Source: Eledone cirrhosa (taxonomy: Eukaryota). Taken from it: a DNA stretch of 64,000 nt. The stretch covers positions 46,748,001 through 46,812,000 of the forward strand of contig OZ024751.1 in the NCBI GenBank assembly GCA_964016885.1, written 5' to 3'. Of the stretch, positions 44,223 through 58,972 are shown piece after piece; positions within the stretch are counted from its first letter, which is position 1; each line of letters starts with the position of its first letter. Under the pieces are notes generated by a model, which saw only the letters and a list, made by a program, of their open reading frames with translations, was not told the origin of the DNA and made no database searches. Made by a program: the position numbers and the translations under genes.

Positions 44223-45210
44223 CTCCACCAGCACCACCACCAGTACCACCACCAGCACCACCAGCACCACCACCAGTACCACCACCAGCACCACCAGCAC
44301 CACCACCAGTACCACCACCAGCAGCACCCACCACCACCACCAGCATCACCAGCACCAGCACCACCACTACCAGCACCACCACCAGCTCCACCACCGGCAC
44401 CCCTACCAGCTCCCCCTCCCCCCACCAGCACCACCACCAACCCCACCATCAGCACCACCACCGCCACCACCAGTACTCCCCACACACACACCACCACCAG
44501 CTCCACCACCAGCACCACCACCAGCACCACCAGCACCCCCGCCACCCCCGCCACCCCCACCAGCCCCACCCCCAGCCCCACCCCCAGCCCCACCAGCACC
44601 ACCACCAACTCCACCACCAGCACCAGCACCGCCAGCACCCCCGCCACCACCAGAACCCCAGCACCACCCCCAGCATCACCCCAGCACCACCAACCCACCA
44701 CCAGCACCACCAGCACCACCCAGCACCACCCAGCACCACCAGCACCCCCGCCACCACCAGCACCCCCAGCACCACCCCCAGCACCACCAACCCACCACCA
44801 CCACCACCAACCCCATCACCAGCACCACCATCAGCACCACCAGCCCCACCAGCACCCCCGCCACCACCAGCACCCCCAGCACCACCCCCACCACCACCAG
44901 CACCACCAACCTCACCACCAGCACCACCCCCAGCACCACCAGCACCACCACCCCCAGCACCACCACCCAGCACCACCAGCACCACCCCCAGCACCACCCC
45001 CAGCACCACCCCCAGCACCACCCCCAGCACCACCCCCAGCACCACCCCCAGCACCACCCCCACCACCACCAGCACCACCAACCTCACCACCAGCACCACC
45101 CCCAGCACCACCAGCACCACCAGCACCACCCCCAGCACCACCAGCACCACCACCAGCACCACCCCCAGCACCACCACCAGCACCACCCCCAGCACCAGCA
45201 GCAGCAGCAA
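44223..45210. repeat. (CCA/GCA)n low-complexity tract
   Basis: Open in most frames on both strands, with no splice or homology support. Confidence 0.9.
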
Positions 45211-45463
45211 CAGTACAATGTATGGTATATACTAACAAACAGAAGCGGTCAGGTGTAACTGATCCTCCGACCTACTGACAGGTTGTCAAGTCACATGTCA
45301 CTAACCACTAAACCACCACACCACCACCACCACCACCACCACCACCTTTACCTCCCTCCTCTACCCACTCCCTCCAAACCTTCACTTCTACCTAAACCAT
45401 CACTCCACCACCACCACCTCTATCTCCCTCTACTTTCCACTCCCCCACATCATCTTCCTCTAA

Positions 45464-45656
45464 CCTAAACCATCAAACCACCACCTTTACTTCCCTCCTC
45501 TCCCCCAAGCCTTCCTCTTACCTAAACCATCAAACCATCACCTTTACTTCTCTCCTCTCCCCCAAGCCTTCCTCTAACCTAAACCATCAAACCACCACCT
45601 TTACTTCCCTCCTCTCCCCCAAACCTTCCTCCTACCTAAACCATCAAACCACCTTT
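45464..45656. repeat. About 57-bp tandem repeat (CCTAAACCATCAAACCACCACCTTTAC...)
   Basis: Units at about 45464, 45521, 45578 and 45634. Confidence 0.85.
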
Positions 45657-45775
45657 CTTTTCTCCTCTTCTAACTTTGTAATATCCTCTTTTACGACACC
45701 CTTGCGGCAAATCAAAGAAATCATATGCGACCCTAGGGGCCAATTCCCCCGTTGAAAGACGTTATTCTGTTCTAT

Positions 45776-46630
45776 AAGGTGGCGAATTGACTGAGTCGTC
45801 AGAACGTTGGATAGAATAGTTTGCAGTATTCGTCTCAGCTCTCTGTTCTCTGAGTTCAAATCCCACCGAGGTCAACTTTGTCTTTCATCCATTGCAGGTC
45901 GATAAAAAAAGAACCAGTCAATAATGAGGTCGATTCTTCCTCTATATCTCTTTCATAGTTCCATTCTCTCTATCTTTATCCTTCTCTGTGAAGGCGCATG
46001 GCTGAGTGGTTAGAGAATTGGATTCACAATCTTGAAGCTGTGAGTTCGATTTCTGGACCGGGTGATGCATTATGTCCTTGAGCAAGACACTTTATTTCAC
46101 GTTGCTCCTTCTACCTGGAGTTGCGACCAATAGATAGTACTAGCAACTGGAAATACCGACGAAAACATTGTTTCCTCGGTCCGATTTGACGAAAGTCGAT
46201 CGATTCTTTTTTCTCTGGAAGAAATCTGCTGTATTCAGACCTGGAGAGAGATGGGCTTCGCGTGGTGCTCTCTTTTTATTGATATTTGTAAATATTCTAT
46301 TATTGTTAAACCTACAATATCTTGGGTCCTTGTGGCAAGTAAATGTGAATCATCATTATCATAAGGACAAGGGCGATGGATTGGCAGTATCGGTAGAGGG
46401 TCGGCGCCATGCTTTGAGGCAAAGAGTTACGTCCCTTTATGGTCTGAGTTCAAATCCCGCCGAGGTTAACTTTGCCTTTCATCCTTACTGGGTCGATAAA
46501 ATAAAGTACCAGTAATACACTGAGATAATTGCTGGCCTTGTGCCAAAAGTAAAAACAATTATCATAAGGACAAGTTGAGGGGGAATTATGTTTGATTTTT
46601 GATTTTTGATTTTTGAAATATTTAATTTCA
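45776..46630 (+). mobile_element. Composite SINE block, copy 2, with nested SINE A insertion
   Basis: Paralog of 19463-20100. SINE A at 46372-46557 is flanked by the 17-bp TSD ATTATCATAAGGACAAG (46355-46371 and 46558-46574). Confidence 0.9.
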
Positions 46631-46861
46631 TAGTCACAAAATAAAACCCCTCGCACTGTAACATCATCAGTCGTCCTGTACCATATTTAATGTTTCCTTA
46701 ATGTGAGCCCTGTCTGGCTAATAAAGAAAGCATTATTATTTTTTTTTTTTCATTTATCTGGCTTTAGGTTCATAAGAGTTATCACCAAGTCACAACAAGT
46801 GACCTCAAGAGACAACAAGGTCCGCCATGTTCAAGAAAAACACACACACACACACACATTA

Positions 46862-47465
46862 TATCGGTAGAGCGTCGGACTACATACTTTGCAGCATAGA
46901 GTTACGCCCCTTTATGATCTGAGTTCAAATCCCGCCAAGGTTATCTTTGCTTTTAATCCTTACGGAGTCGATAAAATAAAGTACCAGTCACGTACGGGGT
47001 CGATTTAATCTACTTTCCCCTCCTCCAAAATTGCTGGCCTTATGCCTATAGTAGAAATTGTGGATTGACAGTTTCGGTAGAGCGTCGGACGCCATGCTTT
47101 GCAGCATAGAGTTACGGCCCTTTATGATCTGAGTTCAAATCCCGCCGAGGTTAACTTTGCCTTTCATCCTTACGGGGTCGATAAAATAAAGTACCTGTCA
47201 CGCACTGGGGTCGATTTAATCGACTTTCCCCTCCCCAAAGATTGCTGGCCTCGTGCCTATATAAGAAACAATTATTAAGGGCGGTGGATTGGCAGTATCG
47301 GTAGAGGGTCGGACGCAATGCTTTGCAGCACAGAGTTACGGCCCTTTATGGTCTGAGTTCAAATCCCGCCAAGGTTAACTTTGCCTTTCATCCTTACGGG
47401 GTCGATAAAATAAAGTACGAGTAATGCACTGGGATAATTGCTGGCCTTGTGCCAAAAGTAGAAAT
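46862..47465 (+). mobile_element. Three head-to-tail SINE family A copies
   Basis: About 46862-47058, 47059-47272 and 47279-47465. The last is full length, with A-box TGGCAGTATCGG, B-box GTTCAAATCC and a (TAA)n tail. Confidence 0.9.
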
Positions 47466-47604
47466 AATAATAATAATAATAATTATTATTATTATTTATG
47501 TTTGCTAATCTTTTGGACATTGTTGGTGTACTCCTCCTCCTCCCCGCCGCACGCACCAGATCATAAAAAGGACAAAGTGATGCGTTGTGTTGTTAGGAGA
47601 GTTT

Positions 47605-47740
47605 ATAGTTGGGCGGTAACGAAAGGAAGCTTATATCCGGCGAAAGAACAACAACAAAAAAATATATTGGTGGCCGGAAGTGACAATAGAGAAACACCGG
47701 AAGTGATAAAATTGATCACACATTCGGCGGCCATTGTGGT
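47605..47740. promoter_or_regulatory. Putative ETS/YY1 motif cluster
   Basis: Two CCGGAAGTG sites (about 47674 and 47697), TGGGCGG and GCGGCCATTG in a CpG-containing unique island. Confidence 0.3.
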
Positions 47741-47934
47741 ATAATCATAAAAATGTATCTTTTTTCGTTCTCACTCTCATCTTTCTTTCTTTCTTTCTTA
47801 TTTTTTAAGTGGATTATTTCTAGATTTTTTTTTGTTTATATTATATCTCTTATTATTCCCTGTTATCTTTTCTTCCACTTTATGTTCTCCACCTCCCCCT
47901 CCTCATGCTCCTTCTCCGCCACCTCCTTTTTCTA

Positions 47935-47987
<53 letters not shown>

Positions 47988-48001
47988 CGTATACACACAC
48001 A

Positions 48002-48047
<46 letters not shown>

Positions 48048-48048
48048 G

Positions 48049-48080
<32 letters not shown>

Positions 48081-48136
48081 AACTGTCGTACATACTTATG
48101 CTAATGGACACACACACACACACACACACACGCATG

Positions 48137-48173
<37 letters not shown>

Positions 48174-48194
48174 TTACACACGCACACACATATA

Positions 48195-48288
<94 letters not shown>

Positions 48289-48827
48289 TATATATATATG
48301 TGTGTGTGTATCCGTGTGAGTATTTGAATGTGTGTATGTGTATATGTGCATTAGTATAAGTATGTACCACTGTGTGATTGTGTTCGTTCATTCGGTATAA
48401 TTGTTCCGTTCTCTACGTTGAGCGTTTCCCTTTTATGATGTTGTTTGATTCAATGATCTACATTATATATACCCAAAGTGGGTGTATAATATAGATTTAT
48501 ATACACGAGCGGTGCACGTGCTCTCTAAGTACTTTAACTGGAGGTTTATCTTTTACAGGGCAGAAGAGGTGTCAAAGTCGGAGGACTTAAAAGGTCATAC
48601 ACGCTTAGTTACACTAAATCTTCCCTTTTTACTATATATACACACACACACACACACATACACAAACACATACACCCACACACACACAAACACACACACA
48701 CACACATATATATATGTATATATGTATATATATAAGTTTGCATATATGTGTACCTGTATGAAATGAAAGTATTTGTGCAAACAGGCATCACAATTTATTG
48801 ATGTAAATATGTACGTGTGCGCGTATG

Positions 48828-48890
<63 letters not shown>

Positions 48891-48989
48891 TCATATGCAT
48901 ATACACGCGTGTACACTCATACGCGAACATCCAAATATATCTACATACACACATACATACATACATGCATACATACATACATACAAATA

Positions 48990-49269
48990 TATATTAATAA
49001 GAACGATGAAGTTTTGTTTACATGTATATATATATACATACAGATACACACACACATACACATACACATATATACACACACACACATACATACAAATATA
49101 TATTAATAAGAACGATGAAGTTTCGTTTACTTGTATATATATATACATGTAGATACACACACACATACACATATATATACACATATATATACACACACAC
49201 ACATACATACAAATATATATTAATAAGAACGATGAAGTTTCGTTTACATGTATATATATATACATACAG

Positions 49270-49270
<1 letters not shown>
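48990..49270. repeat. Three-copy 110-120 bp tandem repeat
   Basis: Anchor ATATTAATAAGAACGATGAAGTTT at about 48992, 49101 and 49218. Confidence 0.85.
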
Positions 49271-49328
<58 letters not shown>

Positions 49329-49435
49329 CGCACATATATATATATATATAATAGCGACCGCTAGATACTATCAGCCATGGAATGACCAATTGGAAACATT
49401 GTTTCCTTGGTCAGATCTATCAAATATACACACAC

Positions 49436-49520
<85 letters not shown>

Positions 49521-49726
49521 GGAGAAAGAGAGAGAGACAGAGAGAGTGAAAGAGAGATGTATAGAGAGATAGGTAGTAAGACAGATATTGATATATAGAC
49601 ATAGATATATATCATCTAGCTCAGATATAGTCAGATCTGCATGTCGTAAATCACAGGACAGAACAAACACTATGACACATGAACGTATGTACGTACGCAT
49701 ATCTATCTATCTATCTGTTTCTCTCC

Positions 49727-49777
<51 letters not shown>

Positions 49778-50148
49778 TCTCCCTCTTTCTCTCTCTTTCT
49801 CTCTCTCTATATATATATACACGTATACACGTAAGAGGTGGAACTCGTCAGATCCGATCAATTGGTCTTTCCAATTGCAGATACTATCTTCCAGTCGTAA
49901 CTACTGACAGAAATATATATATATATATATATATTGCTTTTAAAAACAGCTGGTGATATGCATGTAAGTAAATATTCTCTTTATCTGATATTTTGTAACT
50001 AACCTTACATAGATCAATAACGGAGTATAGCTACAATGTATTATCATCATCTAGAAACGATCGTAGAGCAGTGAAGTATATCTCTAATGGCTTGATTTTT
50101 TATTTCATTGTTTTAACTTATATATATATATTTATATATATATATAAA

Positions 50149-50216
<68 letters not shown>

Positions 50217-50263
50217 ATAATAATAAATGTGAAGACTAAAATCAATAAGGGTAATATACATAC

Positions 50264-50303
<40 letters not shown>

Positions 50304-50455
50304 TTAACCGTAGAGCAAAACCGTGTTTCAGAAGATCCGTTAAGGGTGAAAGCAGTGATTCTTTGCTTAAACTTTAAAACTTTAATCTGTTATTTTAATA
50401 TATATATATATATATATAATATATAAGAACAAAAGATGGTTAAAAGAGTTCCATG

Positions 50456-50526
50456 TATTTTATTATGCGCATTTCAAAAACAAATATCATCATGCAATAA
50501 TATTTGTGTTTTCATCAGATAAAACA
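50456..50526 (-). ncRNA. Minimal type-I hammerhead ribozyme (left arm)
   Basis: Reverse complement of the 50680 motif, core intact. Confidence 0.72.
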
Positions 50527-50679
50527 GGAGAACATGATATGAAGGCTAAAAAACACTTGTGGATAGTGCAGTTTTAAATCAACATATCAACATATGTTGA
50601 TTTAATCAACATATCAACATATGTTGATTTAAAACTGCACTATCCACAAGTGTTTTTTAGCCTTCATATCATGTTCTCC

Positions 50680-50750
50680 TGTTTTATCTGATGAAAACAC
50701 AAATATTATTGCATGATGATGTTTGTTTTTGAAATGCGCATAATAAAATA
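50680..50750 (+). ncRNA. Minimal type-I hammerhead ribozyme
   Basis: tgttttat CTGATGA aaacacaaatattatt...gatgatgtttgttttt GAAA TGCGCA TA ataaaata. Confidence 0.75.
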
Positions 50751-50871
50751 CATGGAACTCCTTTAACCTTCTTTTGATCTTATATTATGTATACTCCAGT
50801 CCTACAAATTGTAGAGTGCTTCTTATCCGATATCTGCATTGCTTTATTGTACTACAATAAAACCCACCTCC

Positions 50872-50952
<81 letters not shown>

Positions 50953-51008
50953 TGAGAATGTAAGTGTGCTTGTATGTATGTATGTATGTATGTATGTATG
51001 TATGTATG

Positions 51009-51036
<28 letters not shown>

Positions 51037-51040
<4 letters not shown>

Positions 51041-51572
51041 CTGGCAACCCCACCAAGGTTTCTTGGTGAGGAGGGTGACTTTGGACATCCTGCAGGACTA
51101 AAAACAAAACCTGTCAAAGGGCAAGGGAGCTCTTAAGACTCAATAGCCATCCAAAATCACCGGGAGAGATGACCCCTTAGCCTTTGTCAAGGCAGAATTC
51201 TAGGAGAAGGAAAACTCTGATATAACACCTGCAACCCCGATGGTATCCAATGATGTTGACTTGTTCTTCTTTTTGGTAAATATCATCTTGATTAAGAGAG
51301 TGGGACTGGCTTTGTGCAGTGCCTTTGCTCACTATAAAAGCTTCACAGCACAGGCATTGCTTTATATCTGGAGATCTTTCTGCACTTGTCGTCACATGGT
51401 ACCATGTGCCCTGCACTATGTGTCAATAATGGTCACAAGTGTAGTCTTTGTACCAGAGTTTTCAAGTCGCTGGCTGGACTAAAAAGTCACATTCGTTCAG
51501 CGCATCGGTAGGGGTTCTCCTTCATGGATATAAAGTAGTGGCCGTACTCGAAAACGAGTTGGCAGCCACCAT
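51037..51572 (+). mobile_element. Non-autonomous RTE-like retroelement, copy 1 (5'-truncated)
   Basis: Close paralog of 52462-53002. Ends GAGTTGGCAGCCACC(ATGT)n. Confidence 0.7.
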
Positions 51573-51875
51573 GTATATATGTAAGTATGTATATATGTAT
51601 GTATGTATATATATATGTATGTATGTATATATATGTATGTATGTATATATGTATGTATGTATATATGTATGTATGTATATACGTATGTATGTATGTGTGT
51701 ATATATATATGTATATGTATGTATGTATGTGTGTATATATGTATGTATGTATATATGTATATGTGTATGTATGTATGTATATACGTATGTATGTATGTGT
51801 GTATATATATATATATGTATGTATATATATATGTATGTATATATATATATGTATATATACATATATATATGTATG

Positions 51876-51906
<31 letters not shown>

Positions 51907-52259
51907 GTATGTATATATATGTGTATGTATGTATATATATATGTATGTATATATATATATATATGTGTATATATATGTATGTATGTATATGTATGTATGT
52001 ATATATATATATATGTATGTATATATATATGTATGTATGTATATATATATGTATGTATATATATATATATGTATGTATATATTTATATGTGTATATGTAT
52101 ATATGTGTATGTATATATATATGTATGTATGTATATATATATATATATGTATGTATATATATATATATGTATGTATATATATATATATATGTATATGTAT
52201 ATATGTGTATGTATATATATATGTATGTGTATGTATATATATATATGTATATATATATG

Positions 52260-52290
<31 letters not shown>

Positions 52291-52389
52291 ATATGTATAT
52301 ATATATATACATACATACATACATATATATATACATATATATATACATACATACATATATACATACATATATAAATATATATGTATGTG

Positions 52390-53002
52390 TCTGGTCACCA
52401 GTTGGTGCTACTGGTAACATGTATCCCAGTACAACCTGTCCCATGGTCGGGTCGTTGGCGACTAAACTGGCAACCCCACCAAGGTTTCTTGGTGAGGAGG
52501 GTGACTTTGGACATCCTGCAGGACTAAAAACAAAACCTGTCAAAGGGCAAAGGAGCTCTTTAGAGTCAATGGCCATCCCAAATCACTGGGAGAGATGACC
52601 CCTTAGCCTTTGTCAAGGCAGAATTCTAGGAGAAGGAAAACTCTGATATAACACCTGCAACCCTGATGGTATCCAATGATGTTGACTTGTTCTTCTTTTT
52701 GGTAAATATTATCTTGGTTAAGAGAGTGGGACTGGCTTTGTGCAGTGCCTTTGCTCACTATAAAAGCTTCACGGCACAGGCATTGCTTTATATCTGGAGA
52801 TCTCCCTGCACTTGTCGTCACATGGTACCATGGGCCCAGCACTATGTGTGTCAATAATTGTCACAAGTGTAGTGTTTGTACCAGAGTTTTCAAGTCACTG
52901 GCTGGACTAAAAAGTCACACTTGTTTAGCGCATCGGTAGGGGTTCTCCTACATGGATATAAAGTGGTGGCCGTACTCGAAAACGAGTTGGCAGCCACCAT
53001 GT
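52390..53002 (+). mobile_element. Non-autonomous RTE-like retroelement, copy 2
   Basis: 5'UTR-like part joined to a terminal C2H2 finger remnant [17 protein letters not shown] and an (ATGT)n tail. Clade assignment is inferred. Confidence 0.7.
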
Positions 53003-53759
53003 ATGTATCTATCTATCTATGTCTGTGCGTATGTATGCACACAATATCAGTGTAAAAGAGACGGAGAGAGTGGTGGGGAGTATAAAAGGTGAAGATCTTA
53101 GAGAAAGTAAAAGTGTCTGATAACCGCCAGATAAAATCCAGTCGTTAAGATTGCGTCTACGTAATGGTGTCACATGATTAATGGACGGCGTCATATGGAC
53201 GGAAGTTTCCTGTCTACCTTCAGTTGAAACCCGGAAGTTGATATTTGAAGACAGTATTAACATTCCTTGATAGATAAAACTTGATGTGGGTCAGTTTAAA
53301 AGACAGTCTCTAGCAAGGGCCTTGTTTCAGTGGGGTACCAGGGGACAAGTCTATATATATTTTTTTGTTTATTTGATATAATAAATTCTTTTTAAGCTTA
53401 TTTTTTTTATATCCGAACTTCATTTGAATATATAAATTTTAATTAGTGTAAAATTTTACTTATGTGATAGGGTCTGGGAAAGGCCCCCTAAGCAATTTAT
53501 GCTCCTTTAAGAATCAACAAATGTTGGTTTGTCCTCCTAACATTTTTAAGGTAAACGAGCCCCTTGGTCCCTAATATTTGAAAGAGGTTATCATCTTTTT
53601 TTGTCTATAAAGGTATTCGCCCTTTTGTATGAAGTATTTCATAGCATCACCGCACCACACCATTCTATATATCATATAGTCCTTCTTTTCCTTTTTTTTC
53701 AAATATATAAACACACACCACTGAAACACATATGTTACACACACACAAACACAGACTCA

Positions 53760-54875
53760 TACCATACCACAACCACTCACCACAGCCAGACCACAACCAC
53801 ACACAGACACAAACACAGACACACAACCAAACACAACCAACACACCACACACCACAACCAACACGCCACACACCACAACCAACACACCACACACCACAAC
53901 CAACACGCCACACAACACAACCAACACACCACACAACACAACCAATACACCACACACCACAACCAACACACCACACACCACAACCAGACACAACCTCTCA
54001 CCACAGCTACACCACAGCCACACACAGACACAAACACAGACACACAACCAAACACAACCAACACACCACACACCACAACCAACACGCCACACACCACAAC
54101 CAACACACCACACACCACAACCAACACGCCACACAACACAACAACACACCACAACCAACACACCACAGACCACACACCACAACCAACACGCCACACACCA
54201 CAACCAACACACCACACACCACAACCAACACGCCACACAACACAACCAACACACCACAACCAACACACCACAGACCACACACACACAACCAACACACCAC
54301 ACAACACAACCAACACACCACACAACACAACCAACACACCACACACCACAACCAACACACCACACAACACAACCAACACACCACAGACCACACACCACAA
54401 CCAACACACCACACACCACAACCAACACACCACACAACACAACCAACACACCACACAACACAACCAACACACCACACACCACAACCAAAACACCACACAA
54501 CACAACCAACACACCACACACCACAACCAACACACCACACAACACAACCAACACACCACACAACACAACCAACACGCCACACAACACAACCAACACACCA
54601 CAGACCACACACCACAACCAACACACCACACACCACAACCAACACACCACACACCACAACCAACACACCACACACCACAACCAACACACCACACACCACA
54701 ACCAACACACCACACACCACAACCAACACACCACACAACACAACCAACACACCACACACCACAACCAATACACCACACAACACAACCAACACACCACACA
54801 ACACAACCAACACACCACAGACCACACACCACAACCAACACACCACACACCACAACCAACACACCACACACCACA
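53760..54875. repeat. 21-bp minisatellite (CAACCAACACACCACACACCA)n
   Basis: Directly visible. Confidence 0.95.
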
Positions 54876-55382
54876 AAACATCAACTAGAGAAACTGTTGT
54901 GCTAGGGCACCCCACTAATTCCAAACATACCACTCATCTTACCACTTAACCTAGCACCACATCCCACATCACTGCTACCTCCCTAGTACACCAACACCAA
55001 CACCAACACCAACACCACCACCACCAACCACCACCACCAGCACCACCACCAGCACTACCAGCACCAGCACCACCAGCACCAGCACCACCATCACCACCAA
55101 CACCACCATCACCACTACCAGCACCAGCACCACCACAATCATCACCACCACCACCAACAACAACAACACCACCACCACCACCCCATCACCACTATTTCTC
55201 GTTTTAAAAATAATTTGGCTTCATCCTCCTATATTTTCTATATAAGAAGTATGTGTAAGGGGTTAGGGTTCGTGCTAAGGTCGTTATTGTGGTTATAATA
55301 ATTAAGGTTTGTGATTAAGAGTCTGGGTTAGGGGTTTTATTTCCCTTTATGAGGAAAATAGGGTGCTGTTTTTCTCATTTGT

Positions 55383-55498
<116 letters not shown>

Positions 55499-55501
55499 TT
55501 A

Positions 55502-55666
<165 letters not shown>

Positions 55667-55670
55667 GTAT

Positions 55671-56055
<385 letters not shown>

Positions 56056-56360
56056 CACACAGTGTTATTTCATTAATTGAAAAGAAGAACAAGGAATATG
56101 ACGAGGTTTATAATTAAAATGATGTGTTTGGAAGTCAGCCACGTGACCAATGACGAAATAGTTAATTATGCCGTGCTTATTGGCTGAACCAAGCTAATGA
56201 TGTATGATGGACGGTAATAATGAGGCGAAGTTATTCTGTTGATTATAGCAGCGTTCTGTGTTATCTTAACCCAGCCACCGTTCTACTTTACTACTCTCAA
56301 CACCACCACATCACCACATCACCACATCACCACATCATGCAACCACGCCGCACCTATCCC

Positions 56361-56527
<167 letters not shown>

Positions 56528-56583
56528 AGATATACACATGTATATATATATATATATGTATATATGTATATATATATATATAT

Positions 56584-56734
<151 letters not shown>

Positions 56735-56767
56735 TACATATATATATATATATACATGTGTATATCT

Positions 56768-56819
<52 letters not shown>

Positions 56820-57080
56820 TTATTTATTTATATGTATGTATATATATATATATATATATTTATTTATTTATATGTATGTATGTATATATATATATATATA
56901 TATATCCATATCTATATGTAAGTATTCTAATAGAGAGACGCATCTCTTGAACTGAAACAATCAATGTTGCCCCACAATGATATCCTCCCCGACACCACCA
57001 CCACCACCACAACCACCACCGCCACAATCAACAACAACATCAACAACAACAACAACGATATTCAATAACAAAACAAAGCA

Positions 57081-57400
57081 GTCGGTTTCTCCTCGACACG
57101 CTGCCTTGGACGACGTCATCCGGTGGGGAGCCGAGCCTTGACGCGGCCGCTTTCCCATCATATCTAGAGCCTGCCGGCCTCGACCGTGGTGATATGGTAA
57201 GCGCCCCGGCCGGGATAACCCTCTTCTCCGTTCGTGGGAGGTGAATCATAATTTAGAGATACCTCGTACTGCGACACGTGCTTATACTTCCAACCTGGTC
57301 ACTGTTGGACAAACCCCGGACATGGCGACCCGTAACGCAGAGTAGGTGAAGATAACTAGATACAAGGACTTGACCGATCGCTTCCCTTCCTTTCGTACCT
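57081..57400 (+). mobile_element. CRE-like non-LTR retrotransposon endonuclease fragment, degenerate
   Basis: RHAALDDVIR...AAFPSYLEPAGLDRGD, frameshift, GKRP, frameshift, GITLF...CDT. Matches the CRE-type RLE pattern RHxALNDxI...EPxGLxRxDGKRPDG...WDxTCxDT. Confidence 0.7.
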
Positions 57401-58466
57401 GTTGCTACCACCACCGCCGCCATCACCACCACCACCACCACCACCACCACAACAACAACAACAACAACCACAAAGCTCACCGCCTCCACTAGCATCATCA
57501 CTAACCCCACCGCCACTGCCACTACCACACCCAACGCCGCCGCCGCCGCCACCACCGCCGCCAACAACAACAACACCTCTACCACCACCACCACCACCAG
57601 CACCACCGCCGCCACCGCCACCACCACCACCACCACCACCACCACCGCCGCCGCCGCCGCCATACACAACCACCACCACCAACACCACCCACCATCACCA
57701 CCACCAACACCACCCACCATCACCACCACCACCACCACCGCCGCCACCATACACAACCACCACCACCAACACCATCCACCATCACCACCACCGCCGCCAC
57801 CGTACACAACCACCACCACCAACACCATCACCACCACCGCCGCCACCGTACACAACCACAACCACCAACACCACCACCATCACCACCACCATCACCACCA
57901 CCACCACCACCACCGCCACCACCGCCACAATAACCACCATTACTGTAATTACTGCAATAAAGCTTAGAAATTACAACCATTGGTTTGCGAAGTTAATATG
58001 TCGAGTGGAGATGACACGTGATCTGTATGGTGGCTTTAGATAGCACACGTGACCACTGTTAGTATTTGAGGTGATTGTTAGAGAGGGGGGTGAAGAATAG
58101 GGCATGTGGAGTAGAGATTTGAAGTAGGTGGTGATGGTGTTGGTGGCGGAGGTAGAGGTGATGGTGGTGTTGATAGCGTTGTGATGGCAGCGGTGGTGGT
58201 GGTGTTGTGTTGGGGTTGGTGATTGTTGTATGCGTTGTGATGGTAGTGGTGGTGGCGTTGTCATGTTGGGGTTGGTGGTAGTATAAACATATACATACAA
58301 ATATACATACATACACTCACTCACTGACTCACGTATAACACACACACACACACATACACACACACACACACACACACATACAAACACACACACACACACA
58401 TATATATATATATTTATATATATACAATATATTATCAAATGGAAACTATATTTATAAAACCATATT

Positions 58467-58532
58467 TATTTCATTATACATATTTCAAGGAGCACCAACG
58501 CAAATTATGGTGCGCTTTCATCAGATAAAATA
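58467..58532 (-). ncRNA. Minimal type-I hammerhead ribozyme (left arm)
   Basis: tattttat CTGATGA aagcgcacca...tggtgctcctt GAAA TATGTA TA atgaaata. Confidence 0.68.
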
Positions 58533-58680
58533 TAATATAGGTTAGTTTTATAAATAAATATTGACATACCCTGAAAAAATGCAACCATTCTAATAACTCC
58601 ACTATCCAGGAGATTCCAACCAGAATGGTTGCATTCTTTAAGGGTATGTCAATATTTATTTATAAAACTGATCTAAATTA

Positions 58681-58746
58681 TATTTTATCTGATGAAAGCA
58701 CACCATAATTTGCCTTGGTGGCTCTTGAAATATGTATAATGAAATA
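58681..58746 (+). ncRNA. Minimal type-I hammerhead ribozyme
   Basis: tattttat CTGATGA aagcacacca...tggtggctctt GAAA TATGTA TA atgaaata, followed by AATAAA. Confidence 0.68.
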
Positions 58747-58876
58747 AATATGGTTTTATAAATATAGTTTCCATTTGTTAATATATTGTATATTTACTCC
58801 AATAATTTGTTGAGTGCTTTATATCAGTTATAAAAATATTTTGCTGTTGTATCCCAACAAATTAAATATAACCTCT

Positions 58877-58972
<96 letters not shown>

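Larger units (their letters stand above)
50421..50787. mobile_element. Hammerhead fold-back element (divergent relative of family 1)
   Basis: Arms of about 160 bp around a duplicated hairpin centre, adjacent to (TA)n. Confidence 0.8.
58420..58876 (+). mobile_element. Hammerhead fold-back family 1 element
   Basis: Arms about 58420-58591 and 58622-58793, 30-bp spacer, tail 58794-58876, (TA)n/(CA)n flanks. Confidence 0.8.

Noticed and set aside
44045-45278. Pro/Thr/His-rich extensin- or mucin-like ORFs
   Set aside because: (CCA/GCA)n low complexity is open in most frames on both strands and shows no coding signal.
47279-47370. tRNA gene
   Set aside because: A and B boxes belong to SINE heads, which do not form a proper cloverleaf and continue into SINE core and tail.
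55255-55335. Telomere-like TTAGGG motifs
   Set aside because: Only isolated copies, not an array.
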